Below are positions 11,552 through 21,833 of a stretch of DNA of 64,000 nucleotides, in pieces (within the stretch, counting starts at the first letter, position 1; the number at the start of each line of letters is the position of its first letter). The position numbers and the translations under genes were made by a program. The DNA comes from Eubacteriales bacterium (GTDB lineage: Bacteria; Bacillota; Clostridia; Oscillospirales; CAG-382), in the NCBI GenBank assembly GCA_045652245.1, contig JAZRTY010000023.1, forward strand, positions 38,588 through 102,587. Reading direction: 5' to 3'. The notes below the pieces were generated by a model. The model did not search any database. It was not told the DNA's origin and saw nothing but the letters and a program-made list of their open reading frames with translations.

Positions 11552-12451
11552 ATGATTATCAGTATGACAGGCTTTGGCAGAGGCAAGGCAGTTGTGGCGG
11601 GTACCGAATATACAGTTGAAATAAAATCTGTAAATTCGCGTTTCACCGACATAAACTGCAAAATGCCAAAAATCTTCCTTCGGGTTGAGGACAAAATAAA
11701 ACAACAAATCACCAGTGTTGCTTCTCGTGGTAAAATCGAGCTTTATGTTACTACCGAAGTAACTGAGGAAGCTGAGGATATTAAGATTTCTCTGAACGAG
11801 CAATATCTTCGTGGCTATCTTTCCTGCCTTTCAGAGCTTTCGGAAAAGTATGGTCTGAGAAATGACGTAAGCGTTATGAGTATTGCAAGAAATCAGGAAA
11901 TTTTCAAAATGCCGAAAAAGGATGATGAAACAAGCGAGGAAATCTTTGCAAAACTCTCTCCTGCTCTTGAGCTTGCTCTGTCGGAATTTTTCAAAATGAA
12001 ATGCGACGAGGGAGAAAGACTTTGTGTTGACATTCTCTCAAAACTTGACATAATTGAAGAAATGGTGGAAAAAATAAAGCAAAGAATTCCCGAAACCATT
12101 GATTCCTACAAGGCTCGTCTTACAGAAAAAATCAAGGAATACACCGAGCTTATAAACATTGACGAAACAAGGATAATTCAGGAGGTTGCAATTTTTACCG
12201 ACAAGGTTGCAATCGACGAGGAAATGGTACGACTCGCAAGTCATATCGCCGAATTCCGCAGTATTCTTGCACAGAAGGACAGTAAAAACGCTGTTCCTGT
12301 CGGAAGAAAGCTTGACTTTCTGCTTCAGGAAATCAACCGTGAAATCAACACGACAGGTTCAAAATGTAACAATGCCGAGGTTGCTAAAATTGTGGTTGAT
12401 GCCAAGAGTGAGGTTGAAAAGATAAGAGAACAAATACAAAATCTCGAATAA
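11552..12451 (+). CDS. yicC: YicC-family stress-induced protein
   Basis: 299 aa, MIISMTGFGRGK..., C-terminal ...LDFLLQEINREINTTGSK typical of YicC. Confidence 0.85.
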   Translation: MIISMTGFGRGKAVVAGTEYTVEIKSVNSRFTDINCKMPKIFLRVEDKIKQQITSVASRGKIELYVTTEVTEEAEDIKISLNEQYLRGYLSCLSELSEKYGLRNDVSVMSIARNQEIFKMPKKDDETSEEIFAKLSPALELALSEFFKMKCDEGERLCVDILSKLDIIEEMVEKIKQRIPETIDSYKARLTEKIKEYTELINIDETRIIQEVAIFTDKVAIDEEMVRLASHIAEFRSILAQKDSKNAVPVGRKLDFLLQEINREINTTGSKCNNAEVAKIVVDAKSEVEKIREQIQNLE

Positions 12452-12479
12452 TAAATTTTAAAGCTTAAGGAGAATAGTT

Positions 12480-12746
12480 ATGCAGCTGATAAATATCGGA
12501 TTTGGAAATATGGTGTCGGCTTCAAGAGTTGTCGCTCTTGTAAGCCCGGATTCAGCACCGATAAAGAGACTGATTCAGGATACACGTGATACCGGAAAGC
12601 TGATTGATGTAAGCTGTGGAAGAAAAACCCGTTCGGTGATTATTACCGACAGCGACCACATAATTCTTTCGGCAATTCAGCCTGAAACAATTTCAAACAG
12701 AGCAACAGGAAACCTTGATGACTCTGATGACGAAGAAGAAAACTAA
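12480..12746 (+). CDS. remA: RemA/DUF370 family regulator
   Basis: 88 aa, ...[30 protein letters not shown]...; conserved position between yicC and gmk. Confidence 0.85.
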   Translation: MQLINIGFGNMVSASRVVALVSPDSAPIKRLIQDTRDTGKLIDVSCGRKTRSVIITDSDHIILSAIQPETISNRATGNLDDSDDEEEN

Positions 12747-12764
12747 AAAAACGAGGTAACAGCT

Positions 12765-13376
12765 ATGAAAAAAGAAGGAAAGCTTATAGTTGTATCCGGT
12801 CCGTCGGGCGCAGGAAAGGGTACGGTTCTCAAGGAGCTTCTTGAAAATCACGAGGAATTCGTTTGTTCTGTTTCTGCCACAACCCGAGCACCGAGAGTAG
12901 GTGACGAGGACGGAGTAAATTATTTCTTTATCTCAAAGGAACAGTTTTTAGAACAAATCGACCGGAACGGATTTCTTGAATATGCCGTTTATAACAACAA
13001 CTTTTACGGAACTCCGAGAAGCTTTGTCGAAGAAAAGCTTGAGAGTGGAAAAAATGTAATACTTGAAATTGAAGTACAGGGAGCATTGCAGATAAAAAAG
13101 CTCTTTCCCGGTGCAATATTTATCTTTATAACCCCCGAAAGTTACGGGGAACTTTGTAAGAGGTTACGTTCACGTGGCACTGAAAGTGACGAGGTTATAG
13201 AAAACCGTCTTGCAATCGCAAGGCGTGAAGCACCGAGTGCTTTGCTTTACGACTACATTATTGTAAACCGTGAGGGTGAATACAAAAAGGCAGCGCAGGA
13301 AATTCTTGCCTGTGTAACTGCCGAAGGTCTGAAGCCTTTTGCAACGCATGATATACTTGCAACATATTTTGAATAA
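12765..13376 (+). CDS. gmk: Guanylate kinase
   Basis: 203 aa, P-loop GPSGAGKGT, ATTRAPR motif. Confidence 0.95.
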   Translation: MKKEGKLIVVSGPSGAGKGTVLKELLENHEEFVCSVSATTRAPRVGDEDGVNYFFISKEQFLEQIDRNGFLEYAVYNNNFYGTPRSFVEEKLESGKNVILEIEVQGALQIKKLFPGAIFIFITPESYGELCKRLRSRGTESDEVIENRLAIARREAPSALLYDYIIVNREGEYKKAAQEILACVTAEGLKPFATHDILATYFE

Positions 13377-13424
13377 GGTTAAACATAATAACAAATATAA
13401 AAAAGTTTAAGGAGAAATGCCATT

Positions 13425-13715
13425 ATGATGATCAAACCGTCAATCGAAGAACTCACAAACGAAAGCAATTGCAACAGATACACTCTTGTTATCGCATCTG
13501 CAAAAAGTGCGAGATATGTTACTGCAAAGCAGAAACTCAAAAGAGACGAGGGTAAATTCGAAAGTGCCGATGCTCTCTCCCAGAGCTACGCTAAGCAGCC
13601 CCTTCGTCGTGACCTTTACGAAGAAAAGCCCACTACTGCAGGTATTGAGCTTATTCACAACGGGGATTTCCACATTGTAAACCCCACAACAGGCAGCGGA
13701 AGCAATAAAGAGTAA
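13425..13715 (+). CDS. rpoZ: DNA-directed RNA polymerase subunit omega
   Basis: 96 aa, ...PSIEELTNESNCNRYTLVIASAKSARYV; canonical gmk-rpoZ order. Confidence 0.85.
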   Translation: MMIKPSIEELTNESNCNRYTLVIASAKSARYVTAKQKLKRDEGKFESADALSQSYAKQPLRRDLYEEKPTTAGIELIHNGDFHIVNPTTGSGSNKE

Positions 13716-13767
13716 TTAATACGGGCAAAAACCGAAGTATTCTTTGTAATAAGGAGGGAGATTCACT

Positions 13768-16293
13768 GTGACCAAGGATACAAGCAGCACTGCTGCAGCC
13801 GGCTTTGTGGGAGTTCACATTCTGAATGCTCCCTATCAGATTGATAAGGAATACGATTACATTATACCTTCGGAAATGAAAGGAAAAATCGAGGTTGGCT
13901 CGGTAGTAATCGTTCCCTTTGGCGGAGGAAACAGAAATGTCTCAGCCATCGTTTCAAGTCTCAAGGAAAGCTCGTCCTTTAAGACTTTAAAGCCTGTTAT
14001 CGGGCTTCCACCCGGTAATATTTCTATCGGCAGCGAGCTTTACGGAATTTGCAGCTTTATGAAGGAGCGTTGCTTTTGCTCTATCGGGGAAGCGACAAAA
14101 ACCGTACTTCCGTCAGGCTTTAGTGTTCGTACAACCGTGTATTATCAGAAATCCGAAAATGCACCGAATGGTACTGTAAGCCAAGAGGCTATTGAGATTC
14201 TGGATTTTATTGAGGAAAAGGGAAAAGCCTTTGAGTCTGAACTCAAAATGAAGTTCGGAAGTAATCTTGCTTGTCTGAAAGCTCTTGCTTCAAAAGGCTA
14301 TATTGAGAGAAAAACTCAGGCAAACTGCAGCCTTAATACAAAAAGCGACAGATATGTAAAACTACTTTTATCAGAGGATGAGATTTCGGATTTGCGACTT
14401 TCCCCGAAAGCCTTTACAAAAAAGCAGTTATCTGCACTTGATGAGCTTTTGAAAAATCCAATGACACCGATAAATGAGCTTATGGAGCTTGCAGGTGTTG
14501 GTGAAACGGTTATACGTGAGCTTTGTAAAAAAGAGGTTGCCGAAATTGTGCCTATTCCGAAGTACAGAAACCCTTATGCTGATATTGAACAGGCAGAAAA
14601 TTGCGACTTTACTTTAAGTCCCTCACAGGACAAAGCTTATAAACAGCTCCTTGACCTGTATGAAGATAGTGAACCCAAAGCTGCCCTGCTTCACGGGGTT
14701 ACGGGAAGCGGAAAAACAAATGTTGTGCAAAAACTTGTAGACAAGTGCATTAGCGATGGTAAACAGGCAATAGTGCTTGTTCCGGAAATTGCCCTGACAG
14801 CACAGGCTGTCGGAATATTTGTCGGAAGATATGGGGATACTGTTGCCGTACTGCATTCGGGGTTATCTGCAGGTGAGAGACTTGACGCCTGGAGGAAAAT
14901 CTCGGAAGGCAGAGCAAGTGTAGTTCTCGGAACACGTTCGGCAATCTTTGCACCACTGAAAAATCTCGGACTTATCGTTATTGATGAGGAACAGGAATCC
15001 TCTTTCAAATCCGATATGACACCGAAATACCACGCAAGGGATATTGCAAGGTACAGATGCAGCAAGAATAATGCTCTTATGCTTTTGTGTTCTGCAACTC
15101 CGAGTATTGAGAGCTACTACAAGGCAAAAAGTGGAGTTTACACTCTTGTTGAGCTGTCTGAGAGATATAACAGCACAGCTCTGCCAAAGGTAGAAATCTG
15201 CGACATGCGTGATGACACTTCAAGCTTTGAATTACCGGTGCCAAGTGATGACACGCAGACTAAGCTTCAAGGTCAGAAAATCCTTGGTGATACGCTGCTT
15301 TCCGAAATAGAAAAAAATCTTGATAATAATGAACAAACTGTTCTTTTCATAAACAGGCGTGGTTATCAATCCTTTATGTCCTGCAAAAAATGCGGTTTTG
15401 TTCTTGAATGTCCGAACTGTTCGGTTTCCATGACATACCACAAGTACGGCTTTTCGGGGAACGGCAAAATGGTCTGCCACTACTGTGGCTACACAACGGA
15501 TATTCCGAAGCTCTGTCCTTCCTGTAGCAGCGAGCATATTTCGACACTCGGCACAGGTACACAGATGCTTGAAGAGCATCTGCAGCAATATTTCCCAAAA
15601 GCACGACTTCTTCGTATGGATACCGACACTACAAGTGGGAAATTTTCGCACGATACCATACTTGAAGCCTTCAGAGAAAAAAAGGCTGACATTCTGCTTG
15701 GCACTCAAATGGTTACAAAAGGACACGATTTTCCGAACGTTTCGCTTGTCGGTGTTGTAAACGCCGATGCTTCACTCCATATCGGAGATTTCAGAGCCGG
15801 AGAACGCACCTTTTCGCTCCTGACTCAGGTTATCGGCAGAGCAGGCAGAGGAAACTGCGAGGGTAGAGCATATATACAGTCCTACTGCCCAGACAACACG
15901 GTACTGGAGATGGCAAAGGTACAGAACTACAAAAAGTTTTACGACAGCGAAATTGCTTTCAGACGTGCTGCAAAATATCCACCTTTCTGTGATATTGCAC
16001 TTGTGAGCTTTACAAGTGAAACCGACTCCGAAGTACATCTTGCAGTCAACGCTTTCGGAAAAGCTCTTGATGAAGCCTTGCGTGGCGAATACAAAGACAT
16101 CAAGATGATAGTTTTCGGCCCGTTTGAAGCAGGAATTTATAAGGTGGCCGGAAAGTACCGTATGAGATATGTGCTGAAATGTAAAAACAACACAAGGACA
16201 CGGGAGCTTCTCTCAAAGCTGTACAGCGATTTTCTTGCAGGTACTTCAGATAGCGTCGGAATTTCAATAGATATGAATCCTCAATCACTTTAA
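13768..16293 (+). CDS. priA: Primosomal replication-restart helicase PriA
   Basis: 841 aa, GTG start after GGAGGGAG; Walker A GVTGSGKT, DEEQ box, Cys4 zinc-finger cluster CKKCG..CPNCS..CHYCG..CPSCS. Confidence 0.95.
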   Translation: MTKDTSSTAAAGFVGVHILNAPYQIDKEYDYIIPSEMKGKIEVGSVVIVPFGGGNRNVSAIVSSLKESSSFKTLKPVIGLPPGNISIGSELYGICSFMKERCFCSIGEATKTVLPSGFSVRTTVYYQKSENAPNGTVSQEAIEILDFIEEKGKAFESELKMKFGSNLACLKALASKGYIERKTQANCSLNTKSDRYVKLLLSEDEISDLRLSPKAFTKKQLSALDELLKNPMTPINELMELAGVGETVIRELCKKEVAEIVPIPKYRNPYADIEQAENCDFTLSPSQDKAYKQLLDLYEDSEPKAALLHGVTGSGKTNVVQKLVDKCISDGKQAIVLVPEIALTAQAVGIFVGRYGDTVAVLHSGLSAGERLDAWRKISEGRASVVLGTRSAIFAPLKNLGLIVIDEEQESSFKSDMTPKYHARDIARYRCSKNNALMLLCSATPSIESYYKAKSGVYTLVELSERYNSTALPKVEICDMRDDTSSFELPVPSDDTQTKLQGQKILGDTLLSEIEKNLDNNEQTVLFINRRGYQSFMSCKKCGFVLECPNCSVSMTYHKYGFSGNGKMVCHYCGYTTDIPKLCPSCSSEHISTLGTGTQMLEEHLQQYFPKARLLRMDTDTTSGKFSHDTILEAFREKKADILLGTQMVTKGHDFPNVSLVGVVNADASLHIGDFRAGERTFSLLTQVIGRAGRGNCEGRAYIQSYCPDNTVLEMAKVQNYKKFYDSEIAFRRAAKYPPFCDIALVSFTSETDSEVHLAVNAFGKALDEALRGEYKDIKMIVFGPFEAGIYKVAGKYRMRYVLKCKNNTRTRELLSKLYSDFLAGTSDSVGISIDMNPQSL

Positions 16294-16323
16294 TACATAA
16301 AAATCATAAAAACAGGAGAAAAA

Positions 16324-16800
16324 ATGGCTATACTAAATATAATGACAGAAGAAGAGAGCGTACTTCGCAAGGTATCAAAACCGGTAACTGAGATAACACC
16401 AAAAATTATCACACTTCTTGACGATATGAGAGATACTCTTATAAAATCCGGTGGTGTAGGTCTTGCAGCTCCACAGGTTGGTATTCTCAGGAGAATTTTT
16501 ATTATTGATACTGAACCCGATAATGGGCATAATATTATTGAGTTTATAAACCCCGAAATCATAAAAACAGAAGGTCACCAAGAGGAAACGGAGGGTTGTC
16601 TTTCAATCCCCGGCAAGTGTGGTATAACCTCAAGACCTATGACAGTAACAGTTCGGGCACAGGACAGACAAGGAAAAGAATTCACCTACACAGGTACTGA
16701 GCTTTTCGGCAGATGCCTTTGCCACGAATACGACCATCTTGACGGTGTTCTTTATATTGACAATGCTCTCGAAATGCTCGACCCGGAAGATTTTGAATAA
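16324..16800 (+). CDS. def: Peptide deformylase
   Basis: 158 aa; GVGLAAPQ, EGCLS, HEYDHLDG motifs. Confidence 0.97.
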   Translation: MAILNIMTEEESVLRKVSKPVTEITPKIITLLDDMRDTLIKSGGVGLAAPQVGILRRIFIIDTEPDNGHNIIEFINPEIIKTEGHQEETEGCLSIPGKCGITSRPMTVTVRAQDRQGKEFTYTGTELFGRCLCHEYDHLDGVLYIDNALEMLDPEDFE

Positions 16801-16832
16801 TACTTTATTACACCTTTGAAAGGAACAAAAAA

Positions 16833-17780
16833 GTGTCAGAAATGATAAGAATTGTATTTATGGGAACTCCCGATTTTGCGACAAGTGCCCTTTCGGCTCT
16901 ATATGACGCAGGGATGAATATAGTCGGTGTTTTCACAAAACCCGACGCAATGAGTGGCAGAGGAATGAAGGCACAGTTTTCTGATGTAAAAAAGTACGCT
17001 CTTGAAAAGGGGCTTCCTGTTTACCAACCTGAAACCTTTAAAGATAATGCCTGTCTTGAACTCTTAAAAGAGTTAAATCCCGATATGATTATCGTTGCAG
17101 CATACGGAAAAATACTTCCTCCGTATGTGATTGATTATCCGAAATACGGATGTATAAACATTCACGGTTCAATTCTTCCAAAGTACAGAGGTGCAGCACC
17201 CATTCAGAGAGCAGTCCTGAACGGCGACTCTGAAACAGGGGTCACTCTGATGAAGATGAATTACGGAATGGATACGGGCGATATTCTGAAAATTGCAAAG
17301 GTTAAAATTTCAGAAGTTGACAGCACGGGTGACATTTTCGACAGACTTGCTCTGCTAAGTCAAGACCTTATTGTAGAGGCTGTTCCCGAAATTGTACAGG
17401 GAAAGCTTACGCCTGTTCCACAAAATGAAGCCGAAGCTACATATGCCGAAAAAATCACAGCGCAGGATGAAGTGATAAATTGGGATATGTCAAATATTGA
17501 AATTCACAACAAAATAAGAGGCCTTTCCCCTTTCCCCGGAGCTAAAACAACCCTTTCGGGAGGACTTGTAAAGATTTATGCTTCTTCAGTGGTTTCCTTT
17601 GAGGCTCCTGAGACTGCAAAAGTCGGTGAGGTTGTGGAATGTCGCAAGTCAAGTCTTATTGTAAAATGCGCAAAGGGCTGCCTTGCACTTTGGTCACTCA
17701 AACCTGAAGGAAGCAAGCTACTCTCAAGTACCGATATGATAAATGGCAGAAAGGTAAACCTTGGTGATATTTTTAAGTAA
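16833..17780 (+). CDS. fmt: Methionyl-tRNA formyltransferase
   Basis: 315 aa; ..IVFMGTPDFA.., HGSILPKYRGAAPIQ. The true start may be the ATG at 16842. Confidence 0.95.
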   Translation: MSEMIRIVFMGTPDFATSALSALYDAGMNIVGVFTKPDAMSGRGMKAQFSDVKKYALEKGLPVYQPETFKDNACLELLKELNPDMIIVAAYGKILPPYVIDYPKYGCINIHGSILPKYRGAAPIQRAVLNGDSETGVTLMKMNYGMDTGDILKIAKVKISEVDSTGDIFDRLALLSQDLIVEAVPEIVQGKLTPVPQNEAEATYAEKITAQDEVINWDMSNIEIHNKIRGLSPFPGAKTTLSGGLVKIYASSVVSFEAPETAKVGEVVECRKSSLIVKCAKGCLALWSLKPEGSKLLSSTDMINGRKVNLGDIFK

Positions 17781-17804
17781 TACTGTAAAGTACAAGGAGA
17801 AATT

Positions 17805-18518
17805 ATGGATTTAATTGTATATTTACTTCTGATAGTTGCGATTATTTATTCAATGTGGGCGCAGTTCAATGTAACTTCCACCTTTAATAAATATTCTAAG
17901 ATACGGAATACTTCCGGTATGACAGGTTACGATGCTGCCCGTACTATTCTTGACAGCAACGGACTTACAAATGTAAAAATCGAGCATGTTTCGGGAAATC
18001 TAACAGACCATTATGACCCGAAGGCAAATGTTATAAGACTTTCCGACAATGTTTATGACAGCAATACAAGTGCTGCTGTCGGAGTTGCAGCACACGAGGC
18101 AGGACATGCCGTACAGTATGCAGTAGGCTATGCTCCGATAAAATTCAGAATGGCAATTCTGCCTGTCTGCAATATCGGTTCCCGTTTTGCTATGCCTCTT
18201 ATTCTTATAGGACTTCTGCTCGGCGGATATTATTCATACAGTGGTGGTTCATCACTCGGCTATAGCCTTGCAATGCTCGGTGTTATCGGTTACGGTCTTG
18301 CGGCTTTCTTCCAGTTTGTAACACTCCCTGTTGAGTTTAACGCCTCACGCAGAGCTATTGCTGCTCTTTCGCAAAGAATTTATGACAAGCAAGAGCTTGA
18401 TGCTTCAAAAAAGGTACTGAAAGCTGCAGCTTTAACTTATGTTGCCGCTTTTGCAGTTTCATTTTTGCAGTTTCTTCGTCTGTTTTTGCTGGTTTCGGGC
18501 GGAAGAAGAAGGGATTAG
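17805..18518 (+). CDS. Membrane zinc metallopeptidase (Zn_peptidase_2 family)
   Basis: 237 aa; HEAGHAVQ zinc motif; N- and C-terminal transmembrane segments. Confidence 0.8.
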   Translation: MDLIVYLLLIVAIIYSMWAQFNVTSTFNKYSKIRNTSGMTGYDAARTILDSNGLTNVKIEHVSGNLTDHYDPKANVIRLSDNVYDSNTSAAVGVAAHEAGHAVQYAVGYAPIKFRMAILPVCNIGSRFAMPLILIGLLLGGYYSYSGGSSLGYSLAMLGVIGYGLAAFFQFVTLPVEFNASRRAIAALSQRIYDKQELDASKKVLKAAALTYVAAFAVSFLQFLRLFLLVSGGRRRD

Positions 18519-18550
18519 TAACTAAATTAGTTAACTAAATTAGTTAAAAA
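18515..18550. repeat. Tandem 12-13-bp repeat containing the perfect palindrome TTAGTTAACTAA
   Basis: TTAGTAACTAAA / TTAGTTAACTAAA / TTAGTTAAAAA read directly; overlaps the stop codon of the upstream gene and precedes rsmB. Confidence 0.8.
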
Positions 18551-18568
18551 GAAAGGAAATTAAAGGCT

Positions 18569-19882
18569 TTGGATCCAAGAAAAGCTGCTGTACTGTCACT
18601 TAATTCCTGTATTAAAAACGGAAGATTTACCAATCTTGAGCTTGACAGTATGATTAAAAAATACAAGTTTGAAGGTCTTGATAAGAGCTTTTTTACGGCT
18701 TTGCTTTACGGAACTACCGAAAGGCTGCTCACTCTTGACTTTATAATTTCAAAGTTCTCAAATATTGCCATAGAAAAGATTGACGCAGTCCTTCTGTGTA
18801 TTCTTCGTACTGCTATATATCAGATTCTTTATATGGACAGAGTACCGGATAGTGCTGCTTGTAACGAAGCAGTTTCCATCTGTAAGTCAACCTCACACGG
18901 TGAAGGAGTTTGTGGATATATAAACGGAGTTCTTCGTTCTGTGTGCAGAAACAAGTCGAAAATTCCCTCTCTTATTGAAAAAGAGGGTGGTATGCGTGCA
19001 GTTTCTATTGCAACAAGTATTCCCGAGTGGATTCTTGAGTCTCTTTCAAAGGATTACGGTAAAAAAACTGCCATAGAATTCGCATCTCACATATCGTCAC
19101 TCTCCCCTTGCGTTACACTTCGTGTTAACACAACTAAAATTTCAAGAGAGAAGTTACTTGCTTCTCTCGGCGATATTGCAAGCAAAACAAGATACTCGGA
19201 GTACGGAATAAAGCTCTCAGGCAGTTACCCTGCAACCGAGCTTTACGGTTTTGAGGAAGGTCTGTTTTTTGTTCAGGACGAGGCGTCACAGCTTGCAGTA
19301 AGTCTTATAAAGGACACGGATAATTCCACAATAATCGCTGACGTTTGTGCGTGCCCGGGTGGAAAAACCTTCTCAGCTGCAATAAATATGCAAAACGCAG
19401 GCAAGGTTTATTCCTTTGACCTTCACAAAAACAGAATTCGTTTAATTGACAGTGGTGCGCAAAGGCTTGGACTTACAAATATAGAAACGAGCGACAGAGA
19501 CGCACGAAGTGGCGACGAAAACCTTTTCGGAAAGTGCGACTATGTAATTTGTGATGTCCCCTGCTCAGGACTCGGTGTTATTGGCAAAAAGCCGGATATT
19601 CGCTATAAAGAGGAGTCGGAAATCTCAAACCTTCCGGTTGTTCAGTATGATATTCTCTGTGAGAGTGTAAAATATTTAAAGAGTGGCGGAACACTTATTT
19701 ATTCTACCTGTACTCTTAAAAAGAGTGAAAACGAGGATAATGTAAACAAATTTATTTCAGAGCATCCCGGCTATCACCTTGAGTCTACAGGGATTTTCGG
19801 TGATGACTGTGGGTATGTTACACTTTTTCCTCAAAAATATGATACTGACGGTTTCTTTATTGCAAAGATTATTAAAGACTAA
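18569..19882 (+). CDS. rsmB: 16S rRNA (cytosine967-C5)-methyltransferase RsmB
   Basis: 437 aa; NusB-like N-terminal half; DVCACPGGKT and DVPCSGLG motifs; conserved def-fmt-rsmB order. Confidence 0.9.
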   Translation: MDPRKAAVLSLNSCIKNGRFTNLELDSMIKKYKFEGLDKSFFTALLYGTTERLLTLDFIISKFSNIAIEKIDAVLLCILRTAIYQILYMDRVPDSAACNEAVSICKSTSHGEGVCGYINGVLRSVCRNKSKIPSLIEKEGGMRAVSIATSIPEWILESLSKDYGKKTAIEFASHISSLSPCVTLRVNTTKISREKLLASLGDIASKTRYSEYGIKLSGSYPATELYGFEEGLFFVQDEASQLAVSLIKDTDNSTIIADVCACPGGKTFSAAINMQNAGKVYSFDLHKNRIRLIDSGAQRLGLTNIETSDRDARSGDENLFGKCDYVICDVPCSGLGVIGKKPDIRYKEESEISNLPVVQYDILCESVKYLKSGGTLIYSTCTLKKSENEDNVNKFISEHPGYHLESTGIFGDDCGYVTLFPQKYDTDGFFIAKIIKD

Positions 19883-19905
19883 TTATTACTTATGGAGGTT
19901 GTGCT

Positions 19906-20967
19906 TTGGATTTTCCAAAAACTGATATTGCAAGCTTAGATAAAGATGAGCTTTCTGTCTATCTTTCAGAGCTTTCGGAAAAAAGCGGTGTAAAATTTGA
20001 AAAATTCAGAGCGGCGCAGATTTTTTCGTGGCTTATGCGTGGAATTTCGGATTTTTCACAGATGACGAATATATCTGCAAAACAAAAGGATGTATTATCT
20101 GAATATTGTTATCTTGCAACACCGAAAATACATAAAAAATATGTTTCAAAGCTCGACGGAACTGTAAAATATCTGTTTGAGCTTTACGACGGAGAATTTA
20201 TCGAAACGGTTTTTATGAGGTATAAACACGGAAATACAGTTTGTATTTCAACTCAGGCAGGCTGCAGAATGGGCTGTTCCTTTTGTGCTTCAACCCTTGC
20301 AGGGCTATCCCGTCACCTCACCCCCTCCGAAATGCTCGGACAGATACTTGCAGCTCAGAACGACACGGGAGAGAGAGTTTCAAATATCGTTATGATGGGA
20401 ATCGGTGAGCCTCTTGATAATTACGAAAACTCAATAAAATTCTTACATCTTGTAAATTCCCCCGACGGTATAAACATCGGCTACCGTCACATTTCGCTTT
20501 CAACCTGTGGAATTGTTCCAAAAATTTACGACCTTGCAAAGGAAAATCTGCCGATTACTCTTTCGATTTCACTTCATGCACCAACTCAGGAATACAGAGC
20601 TTCGATTATGCCGGTAGCAAAAAAGTGGAGTATTGAGGAGTTAATACAGGCTTGTCGTGATTATATAGATGTTACAGGAAGACGTATTTCCTTTGAATAT
20701 GCTATGATTGACGGTATAAATGACAGCGAGGAATGTGCAAGGCAGCTTTCAAAAATGCTCAAAGGTATGCTTTGTCACATAAATCTTATTCCTTTAAATG
20801 ATGTAAAGGAGCGTTCTTATCGTCAGAGTAATACAACAAATATTGAGAATTTCGTAAAAATTCTTGAAAAAAACGGTCTTGTCGCAACTGTGCGAAGACG
20901 ACTCGGCTCTGATATTAACGCTTCCTGTGGTCAGCTTCGTCGTGACAGGACAAAAAATGAAAATTGA
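19906..20967 (+). CDS. rlmN: 23S rRNA/tRNA (adenine-C2)-methyltransferase RlmN (radical SAM)
   Basis: 353 aa; CRMGCSFCAS radical SAM cluster; C-terminal ...INASCGQLR. Confidence 0.95.
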   Translation: MDFPKTDIASLDKDELSVYLSELSEKSGVKFEKFRAAQIFSWLMRGISDFSQMTNISAKQKDVLSEYCYLATPKIHKKYVSKLDGTVKYLFELYDGEFIETVFMRYKHGNTVCISTQAGCRMGCSFCASTLAGLSRHLTPSEMLGQILAAQNDTGERVSNIVMMGIGEPLDNYENSIKFLHLVNSPDGINIGYRHISLSTCGIVPKIYDLAKENLPITLSISLHAPTQEYRASIMPVAKKWSIEELIQACRDYIDVTGRRISFEYAMIDGINDSEECARQLSKMLKGMLCHINLIPLNDVKERSYRQSNTTNIENFVKILEKNGLVATVRRRLGSDINASCGQLRRDRTKNEN

Positions 20968-21030
20968 AAATAATAATTCTTATATATAAACAAGATTATT
21001 TAGAAGACACAGCTTCGGAAAGGATCAAAA

Positions 21031-21792
21031 ATGGTATACAGTGGTATAACAGATACGGGAAAGGTACGAAAAAACAACGAAGATGCCTTTTACATTGAAG
21101 AATTTGACTTGAAATGCACAGGTACAAGTGCTGTTCTTGCAGTTGTCTGTGACGGAATGGGTGGTGCTGTTGCAGGGGAAAAAGCCAGCTCTATTGCAGT
21201 ACGCACCTTTAGCAGTAATGTTGTAAGACAGGTAAAGGCATACTCTGACGAGCTTTCAAATCTTGACAACATTCCCTTTGAAAAAATCCTGAGAGACGGT
21301 GTAAAAATGGCAAACAAGGCAGTACTTGCCGAAAGTACTCAGAATCCCGATTGTGCCGGAATGGGCACAACGCTTGCTGCCGTTCTTTGTACACCTGACA
21401 GGATTTTTGCAATAAATATCGGGGACAGCAGAATTTATAAGCTTGAAAATGATAGCCTTATAAAAATTTCAAATGACCATTCCTATGTGCAGTCACTTAT
21501 CGAAAACGGTACAATTACAGAAGCCGAAGCAAAAGTACATCCGGAGAGAAATATTATTCTCAAAGCAATCGGAGCTTCGGTAAATACCGATCCTGACACC
21601 TTTGTGCTTTCCGATATTCCTCAAAAAATACTTATTTGCAGTGATGGTCTTACAAATATGCTGCAGGACATTGAAATTGCAACTATACTTACCGAAGAGC
21701 CGGACACGCAAAAAGAAGTTCGTTTGCTTGTTGACAGTGCAAATATTGCCGGTGGTCTGGATAATATTACAGCTGTTGTAATTTCGCTGTAA
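21031..21792 (+). CDS. stp: PP2C-family Ser/Thr protein phosphatase (Stp/PrpC)
   Basis: 253 aa; ..RKNNEDAF.., VCDGMGG, GGLDNITAVV; directly upstream of prkC. Confidence 0.92.
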   Translation: MVYSGITDTGKVRKNNEDAFYIEEFDLKCTGTSAVLAVVCDGMGGAVAGEKASSIAVRTFSSNVVRQVKAYSDELSNLDNIPFEKILRDGVKMANKAVLAESTQNPDCAGMGTTLAAVLCTPDRIFAINIGDSRIYKLENDSLIKISNDHSYVQSLIENGTITEAEAKVHPERNIILKAIGASVNTDPDTFVLSDIPQKILICSDGLTNMLQDIEIATILTEEPDTQKEVRLLVDSANIAGGLDNITAVVISL

Positions 21793-21833
21793 TACACAAA
21801 AAACCTTAACACATAATTATAAAGGAAAATTGT

